Shown in pieces: positions 26,837-40,585 of a stretch of 64,000 nt of DNA. Position numbers and translations under genes: made by a program. Below the pieces are notes generated by a model. That model was not told the DNA's origin. It saw only the letters and a program-made list of their open reading frames with translations, and made no database searches. Position 1 is the first letter of the stretch, and every line of letters starts with the position of its first letter. The DNA comes from Cycas panzhihuaensis (taxonomy: Eukaryota; Plantae; Cycadophyta): assembly GCA_023213395.1 (NCBI GenBank), contig CM041465.1, positions 61,449,741 through 61,513,740 of the forward strand, given 5' to 3'.

Positions 26837-27259
26837 ATAGCTCTCTTTATATACACTGATAAGGGTATCCATGGCAGCCCGAGACCCTCTGTGGCCACTT
26901 AGATCATCCATGATCCTTCTGGGTAGGATCTCATATGTTTTGGGATATATTTACTAAACACCATAAATAATGAAATGGAGTACACCACTGTCATAAAGGT
27001 ACTCACTAACACACTTCACTTTTATCATGGTCCTATTATTTTATTTTATGACTCTCAAATTATGGTTTCACAGCTAACTCAAGCCTATCAAGTACTTTGC
27101 CCTCATTTGAGATTCCTTACTTTGACTATTAGGTCACTTCTATCTTCCTTCTCTTTAGTAGACATTTAGCATATCCCTCGTGATCAAACTGTCGAAATGG
27201 ATAGCCTTATTTGTCCGATCCTTGAGTATCATATCTCTCCTCTGGATGATCCCTGTTAG
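26837..27259 (+). pseudogene. T1 stand-alone archaeal-type RNase H (aRNH), 140 codons, start decayed to ATA, three internal stops
   Basis: Single frame: ALFIYTDKG..GSPRP...NNEMEY...YDSQIMVSQL...HIPRDQTVEMDSL. All four D/E/D/D catalytic positions are present. Confidence 0.88.
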
Positions 27260-27858
27260 GAAACCTAATAGGTTTCCTCCTTATGCAGACTTCTAGATCG
27301 TCATCCATCCTTTATCATTGCTATTGCCATACCTCCAAAAATAGGCCACTGGTGAGACTAAACTATGGTGACCATAGGTTTGTTTCTTTACTTGACACTC
27401 ATGCCACCTGTGGTACTATATCTATAGCTTTTTAGATCATGTTCATATTATGCTTAGATTATATTCGTACGTCAATTTTATATGCAAAGGCAATGGGAAT
27501 CCCTCATCCCCTTCTTTCTTCTACAACCCTTTTATTTTCATAGGGATTCTAGTCCCGCATTATGCTCTAAGGTCATGCAACCCACCTAGCTGTCACCATG
27601 GGCAATCCCCATGCCAACTTCTCTCATCCCATTTATGTCTTGGGTCCAAGGCTCTGTACCCCAAGGATTGATCAAGCTATGCCTCCTTTTCCTCACCCCA
27701 GGCATATGTCTCCCATCCACGTGATCTGTCATGGCATTTTCCATCCACCTTGGTTACTAACACATAGGCTTATACATCACTATTAACGAGATTATGTTGA
27801 CAACATTCACCATCGTTTAACATTCCTGAGTAATGATGTTCTACTTCTAAGGGGGTAA

Positions 27859-30800
27859 TGTTTTCCAACTACTGGGAATAGATTAGGTCACTATCACATA
27901 GGTATGGTTAGGTATATATTCTTTCCCTTGTACTCTCTCACATCCTTATAATTATCTAGATATATGAGGTGTGTGTGATTTCTTGAGCACTTGATTGGGT
28001 TGCTTAATCATCTTACATATGCTTAATATCTGCCTATGATGACTAGGACTCTGGTCCAATGGCATAGTAGGTCCTAGGTAATATACTTCCTAGATATAGG
28101 TACTCTTGGGGCCTTTGTAGCCTGGCTTATGTATACCTTAGTCTACCTCATTATACCTACCTCATTTTCCCCTCACCGTGTTTATCCCTTGATTCGTCCT
28201 AAGCAGTTTATGGAGAATCCTTGTGGGTTAGTGCCCCTCTTTATTGCTTGGTCATCACTTAGGTTTCTCCTCATGACTCACTAGGATTAGCTACCTAGCC
28301 CCCTTTCTCATTTTGACATGTCAATTATCGCCCCTTCCTTGAGGTTCTAACCCTATCAGGTGACTTTAACACATGTTTCTACAAACTGTTACCATATGGA
28401 ATGGTCTTAGGTCAATGTATAGTCCTTTAGGGAGTAGTCCTAGGCCCTTGCTAGGGTATACTACCTCTTTACCCACTCATTCATTGATCATTTTTATTTT
28501 TCTTACTACCCTACTTCCATTTCTATCTACCTTGTACTGATTATTGCACACTGCTAATATATGAGTGGTGCTATGAACAAGTTTGTGGTGTGACTATTAT
28601 GAGCCTTGTCATAGCTAGAAATGACTAATCTTAATCCCTATGCCTGAACAATGCACTCCTCTACCTTGGGACTTGCCCAGGTCAAGCCCTAATAGCCCTA
28701 AGGCCTCCTCAAATCAATAAAAACCCCAAAATTAGGGATCATTCTCATATTTGCTTATTCACTCTTATCATTCTTCCATTACACAAAGGAAAATAAAATA
28801 TTTTGTAGAAAAAAGACTTTTCTTCCTCTCTTCTTCCTTCTCCAACTTTCTATTTCTCCACTACACTTAGATTTGTAGGTCTCTCCTCCACAAGTAAGCA
28901 AAGGGCTATTGAGAGCAACCTAGGCTAAGCAAGGAAGGCTTTCTAGTAAGGGAACAACTAAGGATCTCCCTTCTTTCTCCAACAAACAAGGGTTTCAACC
29001 TTTTAACTCTATTCTACACTTTAGGATACCACTTTGCATGGTAAACCTATTCTCTTCAGTAATTTTATTATAGAAATTCCATATTTTTTGGTTTATCCTT
29101 TATTATTTCAGCCATAAAACCATAGATTTTTTACTTAGATTAATTTTGGTGATTATGTTTTAAGCCATATTTTGCTTATTACAAGGAGGCAACACCTCCT
29201 TGCATGATTGTTCACATTTCCCATTCTTAAATCCTTTAGCTTTTGGGAAATAAGGAGGCCAAACTAAGCTAGGAGAGCTTGTGAAGAGGCCCATGGGCTG
29301 GAGTTATAACTCCTAAAGCCATCTATCACTTAGGCAACCCCCTTCTCAATGCTTCGAGGTACATCTCCTTGCGCTCTATCTCTAGCTTTAGGGTTTGGTT
29401 TGGAGTTAGGCCTATACATATAAACTATTCACTTTAGTTTGCTTCTAAAACCCTAGACAAATAAGCTACTTGTAGTTTTAGAGGGCCATTCACCATTCAT
29501 AGGAGCTTGCCATCCTAAGGCAATGCCTATTTCTTTCCTTTCACTTATATGATATGGTTGTTGCATACATACACTTACTAAAATTGTTGAGTAAGGAATA
29601 TATAAGATTGAATTGGTTTCTTTTTTTGCTCAAACACCTACGTGTTAACATTACATGCTAGGATCACATATAAATGCATGTATTTTGCTTACAAGGAGGC
29701 CTTACTCTCTTGGTATCGTAGGTTGGAGACCATTTCACAAGCATAGCAACAAGTCATGAAATGGTAACATTTCATTTTTATTTATTCTCATTTCCACTCC
29801 CCTTCTATTCTTTTGAGCCTTGCTTTGCATATTATTTGGGGACAATAAGTAAACCCTATTTGGAGGACAAGGGTAAGGTAAGGGAGTTCCCTCCTCCATC
29901 TTTAATATCTTTCATGGCAAGGAATGATAATAGAAGAAAAAATAACTTGTGGGAATGTGGTGCAAAGAGAGATGATGAAGGAGCACGCAATCATGATATC
30001 AACCACCACATCCAGGTACACACCTTCCTATGCACTCCTCTTTTCTCCTTCCACACTTCCCTTATCCCATTTTCTTAGTTTACAAAGGAAAGAAAAAGAA
30101 AAGAAAATGTTCAAAGTTTTATCTCCTTAAAATTGTTTTCCTTTTATTACATTGTTTAAGCGGGGAGGAAACAAGATTTTATGATCATGGTGTATGCATA
30201 TAGGGAATGTTTATTATTTTCCATTTCCCTTAGTGAACCTAATCTTGCACCTATTAAAGAGGGGGCAACCCACACAAGACACCCTCTTGCATCCCATCCT
30301 TTTCTCTTCCTCCCTCATTATTCTTAGTTTGTATTACATTCATTTGAAAGAATAAAAGAAGGCGAGAAACATAGATAGGAAAGGTTACATATTTACTTTG
30401 CATGTTTGTTGTTGGTATTGGTTGTTGTTTGTTTGTTTCCTTTGATAATGTTTGCGTCATGCCAAAGAGGAACATTGCATTATTTATGACAAGACATTCC
30501 TCCTAAAACCATACAAGTTTCAAAACTTAGAAATCCCTTAGTTCTTCTTAGTAACCCTAGAAGACTTCATAACTAGAATATTAGAGAATCTCCATAATCA
30601 TCTTCCACCTCCTTTTGGGTTGCAACTTCACCCTAACCTACTCTTCCTTATGATTAAAGGAGAGCTTGTACTTTCGTTACCCTTTAGTTGGTGGAAATAT
30701 TCTCTCATTTTTAAAGTTTAGCATCCTAAATCACACCCTATCTCTTAACAAGCATCAACTCTAATGATCTTCTCATTCTTCTTGAAAACTAAAGAAGACT

Positions 30801-31225
30801 TTATAACCTAATATCCATGACATACTCATGGCTCTTTTCTACCTCTCTCTTGATCCATTTCTAGATTGTGACTAGGCCTTCCTAAACTACCTCTCACTTT
30901 ACCACCACCTTTTTCTTCCCTCACTTGTCCCCTTTTCTAAAAGGAGGTCTAGCTCCTCTTTTTTTCCTATGAGGATAGGAGAGATCCTTCTTTAGGCTAT
31001 TTGGCTACTCAAGGATGCCTCTTTGCCTAAACCAAACCTAGGAAGGTACTCAAAAAGAAGGGAAGGTCATAGAACTATTTACAGGTTCCCAAACCTGTGT
31101 TCCAATGCATGAATACCTTTTGAGGATAACCTATCCTCTTTTTTGAGGTCTCTAGGCTTCTGTTATAGTTATAGTGTTAGCCTAGAAGCTATTATCCATA
31201 GTGACTCCCTAGAGGCATGCTTCCA
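27859..31225 (+). repeat. T1 3' LTR (~3.37 kb)
   Basis: TG start after the PPT, CA end, followed by TSD ATATG. Confidence 0.93.
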
Positions 31226-31742
31226 ATATGCTTCAAATAGTAGAAGCTAGAGAAAACTAAGGGTAAAGTTGATGTAATGGCTCCAAACCTCATATAGGAT
31301 GAATTCCATATATATTTTCAAGAAAATTAGCAAATTCTAATGTTTTCTATGGTTCTAAACATAATGGTGATCTTATTTTTGTGTAATAGTGGCTGAAAAA
31401 TAAAGTTTGATTTAAAATCAAGTATTTTAAGACCTATTTATGACATGTTAAGGCCTATTTCAATTCCCAAAAATATATTAAATGAGAAACATTTGATGAA
31501 TTTATGATATAAGATATTCTTGATATATTAGTTATTCATTTCCCCCTTAGCAACATTACATTTGGTTTAGTGGATGATAAATCCTTAATCAAACATACAT
31601 ATCATGTGGATATTGGAAAAGATTTTTTATGATGAAGAGAATCCATCTATTATTTGACACACCACATTAGCTATTGAACTGTACCTGTTGGGGGTAATGA
31701 GAGATAATTGTACACCTATGGGTGATATGCTTAAGATGGGGT

Positions 31743-34700
31743 TGTATCGACAAGGATAAAGAAGCTACATGATAGTCCCAACCTTTGTGATAACATAACT
31801 ATTGTAGTTGGCAGGATCCCCACATTCACATTAAGGGGGGATATTAATATGGAAGTTAATTATTAAGCCTCTTAGTTAATGTTAATGTGGTTTAATTAAT
31901 TGAAAAGGTATGAAACCAAAAGGTGTAGCTTATTCAAAGGTTCGCAACCTTAATCAAGTGACACCTATTAGGAGAATATATATGCCTTGAGGGCTTGTGT
32001 ATTCATCACCTAAAATCATTATATCAATCCATTATGCAATAATCAAGTGATCCATCAAAGGACCCTTTTGTGGTGGGTTTTTTCCTGAAAGGGTTCTCCC
32101 ACATAAATTCCTATATACTATGCAGCTATTATCTATGTGTATTTGTTTGCTTGCTATGTATGGTAAAAGATTCTATGGTTGGGAATATTTGTATATGATT
32201 TCATGTTCCCAAACAAGGTATCAGAGCCATAGGATCCTACATAACTGAAGCCTGATGTTGAGTAGAGCAGTGTGATCATTAGTTGCCAGGTAAATCCATC
32301 TAACCTAGGACTTATCTTGAGGATTTATTAACTCTAACAGCGTGCAGAAGTAGGCACAATAAATCAATGGTGGTTGAAATAATGAAAATCACTATTTAAT
32401 GGAGTATAAGGGTTATTGGAGTCAATATTCATGCATAAAGTTCCCATTTGTTGTTGGAGTTTTCTCGTTAAGGGTTATTTGAAGCTAGTTCAAGATCTAT
32501 TGTAAAGATTTAAGCCAACAGAGCATGTACTGATGGTGATTTGGAGACTTTGTGAATAACAACATCTATATATAAGGTATTTTAAGGCCATTTGTTGATA
32601 GTTAAGGAGACATAAATAATCAGTGGCTCACTTAATGTAGGTATAGTTGGTTTTGGGTCCCTTTGGAAGCATGCTCATGAGGCAGAGGAGGACACAGACT
32701 ACAAACATTTATTTTGGTGTCATTTAAACCATATTAAAGCTTGTTTCTTAAGATGGAGTATATTATGCCCAAAGTTATCTTTAATGGTAATAATTTTAGC
32801 AAGTGGAAGGCCAATATGGAACCTATTCTAATGGTGAATCAACTATAGGGAATTACCAAGGTGAAAGTGGATGTGATTATATTAGGCTATAAGGAGCGTA
32901 TTCATCTTGAAGAGAAACAATTTATGGTTGTGGGACTGTTAAAACTATTACTGGCACCAAACTAGAGAGTGTTGGTTCACAATTTTGATGAACCAACAGA
33001 GATATGGAAGAAACTGCGTGATATATTTAAAAAGAAGCAGACAAATAAACATCTGGTACTGATGCTGGAAATACTCAACTCACATGTGGAGGATGAGAAT
33101 AACATTAGCTCCTACCTTAATAAGATTATTAACTTGAAGAATAAGCTAGAGGAATAGAAGTTGAACTCGATCAATGATGTGTTGCTATTCGCAATAATCA
33201 TGTCAAAATTGCCGGCTACCTTCACCACATTCCAGACCATTTATAGTAGAGATGAAGTGATAGAAGTAGAGACATTTTATGGGCTTAAAAATCTAATTCT
33301 AGTAGAAGATGCCAAGCTTAAACATCATGGTATACTCAGAGGTTATAATTCAAGTCAGGACTTAGCCATGAAAACTCAGAGGGAGGCCGCTAAGGAGGAG
33401 AAGATCACATAGAGGTTAGGAGAAAGTTCTTAAGACAAGAATAAGTTCAACGGGAAATGTAATTACTATAAGAAGGATGGTCACCATGAGAAGAACTATT
33501 GGTTCAAGCATCGTGACAAGCATAAAGTCAACTAGGGTGATAAAATAAAGAACATTACTACTCATTATGTTTGAGCAAAAGCCTTATCAACCAAATCTGA
33601 TCAGTGAGATTATTTGGTGCTTGATTTTGGAGTGCAGAAGTATATTTCTTACCAGAGGTAAAACTTTAATACGATGACTTCAAATCTGAGTGGTACTCAG
33701 ATTGTCCTCGGTGATGCTCGTATCTTACTGGTAGAAGGTATCAACGAAGTTTCCATTATAGGAGGTAAATTTACCAGAGTGTATTATGTACTGAAGATGT
33801 AGTTGAACCTTCTTTTAGCCTGAGAGATCTATAAACAAGGTATGAAGGTAGATCTCTATGATAAAAAATGCCTGACTAAGGATCCAAAATAGAACTTTAC
33901 TATCATAGCTACTGGGAAAGTCAGGGACAACTTCTAGGTGTTTGAAAAGTTTCAGTCTTAGAAGAAGTCCTATGCCTTTGTTACCAGTGAAGATGATGTG
34001 AGTAAGTTGTGGCATAACTTCCTTAGTCACCTTAATTATAGGAGTATTGCACTATTGAAGAGGTTAAAGATAGTGGAAGGATTGCTATTAATTACCTACT
34101 CAGATGGTGTGTGCAAAAGGTGTATATATTGCAAGCACCACTGCTACCTTTTTGCTCAGGATAATGCCTGGAGAGCTAAGGAGAAGCTGGAGCTTGTACA
34201 TTTAGATCTAATGTGCCCTCTTCCTAACCCTTTGATATATGGAGCCTGTTATACCCTTGTATTTATGGATGACTATACCAAGAAGGCCTAGGTTTATTTT
34301 CTCAAGAACATGCCAGATGTGTTTGATCACTTTCATGACTGAAAAGTGATGGTTGAAAATGGATGTAATAAGAAAATAAACTCATTAAGAAGTGATAATG
34401 GCAAAGAATACGACAACAATGCATTCAATCAGTTTTGTTGCAATCATGATATAAAGTAAGAATTTATAGTCTTGTATACCCCACAATAGAATGGAGTTGT
34501 TGAAAGAAAGAACCATTCCATGATGGAGATGGCAAGGTGTATGGTGCTTGCTAAAAACCTACCACTAAAGTTTTGGGTAGAAGCTATGGCAACTGCTATT
34601 TATATTTTGAACCGAGTACCCACTTAAGCAATTCACAACATGACCCCAAAAGAGAAATGGACCTATTGTAAACCTGTCATTAGCCATTTAAGAATGTTTG

Positions 34701-37172
34701 GGTGTATTGCATATGCACACATCCTAGATAATACTCGAAAGAAGCTAGATCAAAAAAGCCTAAAGTGCATATTCATGGAGTATTGCATGGAGAACAAAGG
34801 CTATAGATTATAAGATCCACATAGGAAGAAGATTGTGGTTAGTCAAGATGTCAAATTTGATGAGACATCGACATATCATACTGACTGATCATTAGAGGAT
34901 CCTTTTTACCCCCCTTCTCCCATTCCTGGATTCATGAATCAAAGAGGACAATGAGCTAGTTTCTAAAACACCTGAGGAATCAAGATCGAGTGGGATGAGT
35001 AATAGTGAGGAGCTATCTCGATTTGAAATACCTCTAGTAATGGGTCTTTCAATACCTTTATGGGCAAGGAAGACTACAGAAGATTATGGTGTGGAAATGC
35101 AAACCTTAATTAATGATCAAAGAACATAAAGTTAGCATGCCAATTGAACTCTGCTGGTAGACACCAATGATTCTAGTGATCCTAATTCGTTTGATGAAGT
35201 GAAAGGAGATCCAAGATGGAGAGATGTAATGGAGGAGGAGTATAGTTTTCTACTAAATAATAACACATGGGATTTAGTTCCATTACCTCCAATAAAGAAT
35301 CTTATAGGATGCAAGTGGGTCTACAAGACAAAGTTCCACTTTGATGGAGAGGTGGACAAGTTTAAGTCCAGATTTGTTACATAGGGATTCAAGCAGAAAG
35401 AAGGAATTGACTATGAGGAGACATTTGCACCAGTCTCCAGAATGACAATGGTCCATTTGTTGATTTCCTTAGCAGTAGCTTATAGTTAAGAGTTACATTA
35501 GATGGACATAAATTCCACATTCCTTAATGGAGATCTAAAGGAGGAGATATATGTGTTGCAGCATCTAGGATTTGTTAAGGATAGCCAACAGCATCTTATG
35601 TGTCATTTGAAGAAGTCAATTTATGGCTTGAAACAAACACCTCATGCTTGGTATGAAAAGATGGATGCAAAGTTGAAAGTTGAAGGTTTTGAGATTTCTA
35701 AACTCGACCTGAATCTGTATGTGAAGAGAAGAGGGAGTTCAATAGTAGCTTACATGGTGTATATGGATGATTTGGTCATCAACAGTAACTATTGCAAGGC
35801 TATTACTAAAGTTAAATCCAATCTAAGAGCTTCATTTGACATGATAGACCTTAGGAGACTTCACTACTTCTTGGGCATTTAGTTTAGGCAGATGGATGAC
35901 AAGATCGTGTTATTATAGTCATAGTATGTGAAGAACTTACTAGAAAAATTTGGAATGCAAAATTATAAACTAGTTATAACACCATGTATAAAAGGTGCTA
36001 AGTTACAAAAGGATATGGCCAAGCCCTCTATAGATGGCATAAAGTATCATTAGTTGGTAGAGAGTTTGATCTATTTGACTCATACTAGGCCTGATAGTGC
36101 ATACACTATCAGGTTGGTTTCTTGCTATATGCAAAATCCTCAAGAACCTCATTTGGTTGTAGTGAAGCAGATTGTAAAGTATTTGAAGAGGACTATCAAT
36201 ATTGGTCTCAAATACTATTGAGGTGAAGAGATATAATTACATGGATATAGAGATGGATTCAAATGATTGGAAGTCCACTACTGGATACCTATTAGGTGTT
36301 GGCAAAGGATTCATTTTATGGTAGTCAAAGAAGCAACATATAATGATGCTCTCTTCTATAAAGGCTAAATATCAAGGACTTGGTATAGGTACAAAGGAAG
36401 TTGTATGGTGGCAAGGTCTTATAGAGTTTCTTAGAGTTTCAAATAGACACGTGGTTATCTTTGCTGGTAACCAAAGTACTATTCACTTATCAAAGAGTCT
36501 AGAGTTTCATGCACTTATGAAGTACATTAAGATTTAACACCATTATATTTATGAATAGATCAAATCGGGGAAGTTACAGGTCAACTACTATCTAAGTGAA
36601 TTCCAACTTGTGGACATGTTCATCAAATCTCTCACTAAAGATCAATTCACAAAGATGCGTACCAAACTTAGACTCACCAATGTTATCCTTGAGGGGGGAT
36701 GTATCGACAAGGATAAAGAAACTATAGGATAGTCCCAAACTTCATGATAACATAACTGCTATAGTTGGTAGGCTCTCCACATTCACATTAGAGGGGGATA
36801 TTAATGTGGTAGTTAATTATTAAGCCTCTTAGATAATGTTAATGTGGTTTAATTAACTGAAAAGGTACAAAGCCAAAAGGTGCAACTTATTTGAAGGGTC
36901 ACAACCCTAATTGAGTGACACATCTTGGGAGAATATATATGGCTTGAGGCCTTGTGTATTCATCATCTAAGATCATTATATCAATCCATTATGAAATAAT
37001 CAAGTGATCCATCAAAGGATCCTTTTATAGTGGGTTTTTTCTTAAAAGGGATTTCCCACATAAATTCCCATGTACTGTGCATCTTTTATCTATGTATATT
37101 TGTTTACTTGTTATGTATGGTAAAAGATTCTATAGTTGGGAACATTTGTGTATTATTTCATGTTCTCAAATT
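31743..37172 (+). mobile_element. Full-length Ty1/Copia element (5.4 kb)
   Basis: LTRs 31743-32215 and 36700-37172. PBS AGGTATCAGAGCC (32216-32228). PPT GAGGGGGGA (36691-36699). Near-TSD GGGGT/GGGGG. Confidence 0.93.
32753..36690 (+). pseudogene. gag-pol: Copia gag-PR-INT-RT-RH polyprotein with stops
   Basis: LWHNFLSHLN, LELVHLDLM, LRSDNG.EY, TWDLVPLP..IGCKWVYKTK, KSIYGLKQ, YMDDL. Confidence 0.93.
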
Positions 37173-40156
37173 GGGGGGGGCTAAAGAGGTATGGTGAAGT
37201 TCTTATTTTCCCACAAAGGGCATCTATCCACCACTTAGGCACATATTCAAGACTCAAGGGGTGTGTGTTTCCTTCTTTATATATAATGGTTTTGAGTTTT
37301 ATGGTAAATAAGCCTTTGAGATATAGGTGGCTTGGCTTCCCTAGGTTACTACTGGATTGCCTAAGCAAGGCTTCTCCTATCTACTTTTGGCAAATGGTAG
37401 AGAAGATCTCCTCATAGGGAGAGGGTATGGTAAATAGGATAGATGAAGAAAGTAGACATGTTTGGATTATTCTCTTACCTTGTTTAGAGGTAGGAGATGG
37501 TTGTATATATTACTTGAAGTTCCTTCTTAATCTGAGTTATTTATATACCTACTATAAAAGAAAAATAAGCAACTGAGTAATGCATAAAGCAAAGTGCAAA
37601 AGTACCAAACCTTGCTCTCTTTACCCTCTCTTTTATTCTTTTCCTTTTATGCACTTTTTTCTTAATTCAAAGCAAATTAAGAAGAAATAGAGGATGAAGG
37701 GGGATTTAAGGGACAATGAAACTATGCAATCCTCTCTCTCCTTCTTCCTTTATTCTCTTTTTTCTCTCTTCTTCATTACTTTCTTTTGAAAAAGAAAAAA
37801 GAAAAAGTGGGTAGTGAATATATATAATAAGAAAGGAAGTAAGAGGGATAAAGAGATAATGCCAAACTAATCCTCTTTCTTTATTAACAAAAAGGGGGAA
37901 AAAAAGATGGAGAACATACCCACAAAGGAGATGGCTGGTAAGAATAATTTTTCCTTGACTTCACCTTAAAACCTCTCTTTTACTATGGTGTTGTGAAGTG
38001 GGAGGCTCCACTTACCTACTCTAAATCAAACTAGCAATAAAGTATAAGTAAAAGAAATGACAAAGCTAAGAAATCATTGAAATGTGAAAAGTGTTCACCT
38101 TGGAAGGCACAATCCACCTTTAGATCTTTTGGAATACCTTTGGAAACTTAGCCTCTATCATGTAAGTTGGAAAATTTCTTAAAACAAATAATATTTGTAA
38201 TATAATTCACAATATTATCTTCTATACACTACCAAGAGAATGCATACATGGCATGCAAGCATAAAAATTTACCATAAAGAGGTAAAGTACAAGAAAAAGT
38301 ATAAAATATAGAAAATAGAGATGAGGGGTACCTCAAGATGGTACTAACCTCCCTAATATAAGTGGTTTCCTTCGTTGGGCCAAGGAAAACCCTCCAAAAT
38401 CCCTATAACTTAGAAAACAATCAAGGAAAGAGAGGTAAAGGTATAGCAATAAGTTCTTGACACTATCATTTAAAAAGAAAATGGGAGCATCAAAGTAATT
38501 ATTAGTGTAAAACCATTTTAACATAAGGTAACATGGCCCAAAATGGAGAAGTAAATAGTGTGTATAAGGAAAAATCCAATACCATACATCAAGGAGGGGG
38601 ATTATCCAAGAGTAAGGGGTGATTTAGAGCTAATAACTACCCAAGTGAACCTCATGAAATCTCCTTGAGATTGTTGGTGGTCTCTTTCCAAGTCCTCTTT
38701 TAATGAGATAGTAACAATTCTTTGGTGCTCTAAGCTAATCAAATAGATCCAATAATGCCTCTCGAAATAAGTCAAGAATGATCTTCCAAATGAGTGTGTA
38801 TCATCAAGCCTTGAGAGAATATAGCCAAGAATTAGAGTGCTCAAGAGTATTAAATTCCCCAAGAATGAGAATATAAAACCTAGCTAATGAAAAATCTGAA
38901 GAAAGAATGAGAATTTAGAAGAGAAATAAGAATGTAGAAGAAACTCCCCATTAAAAATAAGGGATTTTATAAAAGAGTTAAAGGTGTTAGGGTAGTGATT
39001 TCATGTGAGAAACCATGGACTTTCCATAGTCTCATTCAAATAAATCCATCTCAAATTGAAAAAAAATGGTAGATTGATGGTTTTGGAGGCCTCTCTGGAC
39101 TATTGTGGACTAACTTGGGCCTACCATAACTTGCTAGTTTTGACAAGGTGGCAATAAATGCTCAATTTAAATATTATTGTATGTAGTTAATTATTATAAT
39201 ATTTGTACCATAGAGTTTTTTATAACACCATAAATTTGTCTATGATATTGTGAAATACTCCATAGTACCACTATTATTAACAAAAAATAATATAGTATTG
39301 CAATATTTCATTAAAAATTGACCTTAAAGCTATATATCATCACTCTTAGCTCTTAGATTAATCCTAAGGTCACTAAATAATAGACCTCATATAGTCAAAG
39401 CAGAAAATGAAGTTGAATAAGTAGTCATGGGTCAAAAAACTGATAGAAATAGAGTTTCATAGATAGTAGAGGGGTTACCTCATTGACTATTAGGCCACAA
39501 TGGGGTGCTTTGGGGCCATTAGACTAGAGTCCTAATCATCATTGATATAAAGGAGGAGACAAGAAGACTAAATAAGAATCAAGCACATATTAAACATCGT
39601 CTTAATCTCAATAATATAGCACTAAAGATGTGAGCAAAGGGAGAGATTTATACCTTTATTTACATATGCACTATCATCTCCTGATCTATTCCTAGTAGTT
39701 GGGAAACACTATCCCCTTGGTAGCAAAATCTTGCTGCTATGAAGCTGTAATGATGGTGACTACTGCCAACACAAATATGGTTAAATGTACAATAACTAAG
39801 AGTCAAATATATATGGGACATAAAGGGGCAATGAGTGTCACAATGGGTGTATGATCAAGAGGTACATGATGGGGAGGGAGATAATCATACAACTGAATTG
39901 ATCTCAAGGTAGGTGGTTGTGAATCTTAAGCATGTGCGGGTGAAAGGGAAAGGTAATGACTAAGGTAGTTCCCTAGTAACATACCTAGTAGGTGGCATGA
40001 CCCTAAAATAGGGTTCAAAAACCTAAGGAAACCTTTGAGGGGATGAGGGGATGCCTCATCATACCAATCAAAGGTAGGAGCTAGGTTGATAAAGTTCTTG
40101 GTTGCTAAGGAAGAAGGGGGGGCTACCCCCCAAGGTCCTTTTCAATAGGGAGCCTA

Positions 40157-40585
40157 TTAGGTAAAAATGGAGTCATCTACAAGCTATAAATGATGCTTAA
40201 GGATGAGGTTATCTAGGCTATTTACTTCAATGTTTTAGTAGTGGGGTATATACTAGATATTGACCAAGGAGAAATAAGATAACAAGAATCTGGCTACCAT
40301 AGCTAAAGACCTCAACCAAGGGTAAAGCACCCAGTAGACCTGGGTCAATTGAGACACTACGGTCTAGGAGTCATAATGAAAGATTATGGAGCCACCATGG
40401 AGATGAATTACATTAGTCAGGGCCTCAATGACAGCTGTATACTCTGCTTTGTTATTTATGGCTTTGGGTAAATAGATTCTAGAATGCATGAGGGAATACT
40501 TGAAAGGATTACAAATGATCCAAGCTATAGCAAAGGGCCCTGTGTTACCACAACTACCTCCATTAATGTAGATGAGTAGGGCCAT
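40157..40585 (-). pseudogene. T2 stand-alone aRNH
   Basis: MALLIYINGGSCGNTGP...NNKAEYTAVIEAL...HYDS (within ORF 40364-40720); homologous to 26837-27259. Confidence 0.88.

Larger units (their letters stand above)
13085..31225 (+). mobile_element. Full-length Ty3/Gypsy Tat-like LTR retrotransposon (element T1, 18.1 kb)
   Basis: LTR pair 13085-16439 and 27859-31225. TSD ATATG at 13080-13084 and 31226-31230. PPT AAGGGGGTAA before 27859. Domain order gag-PR-RT-RH-INT, then a 3' aRNH. Confidence 0.95.
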
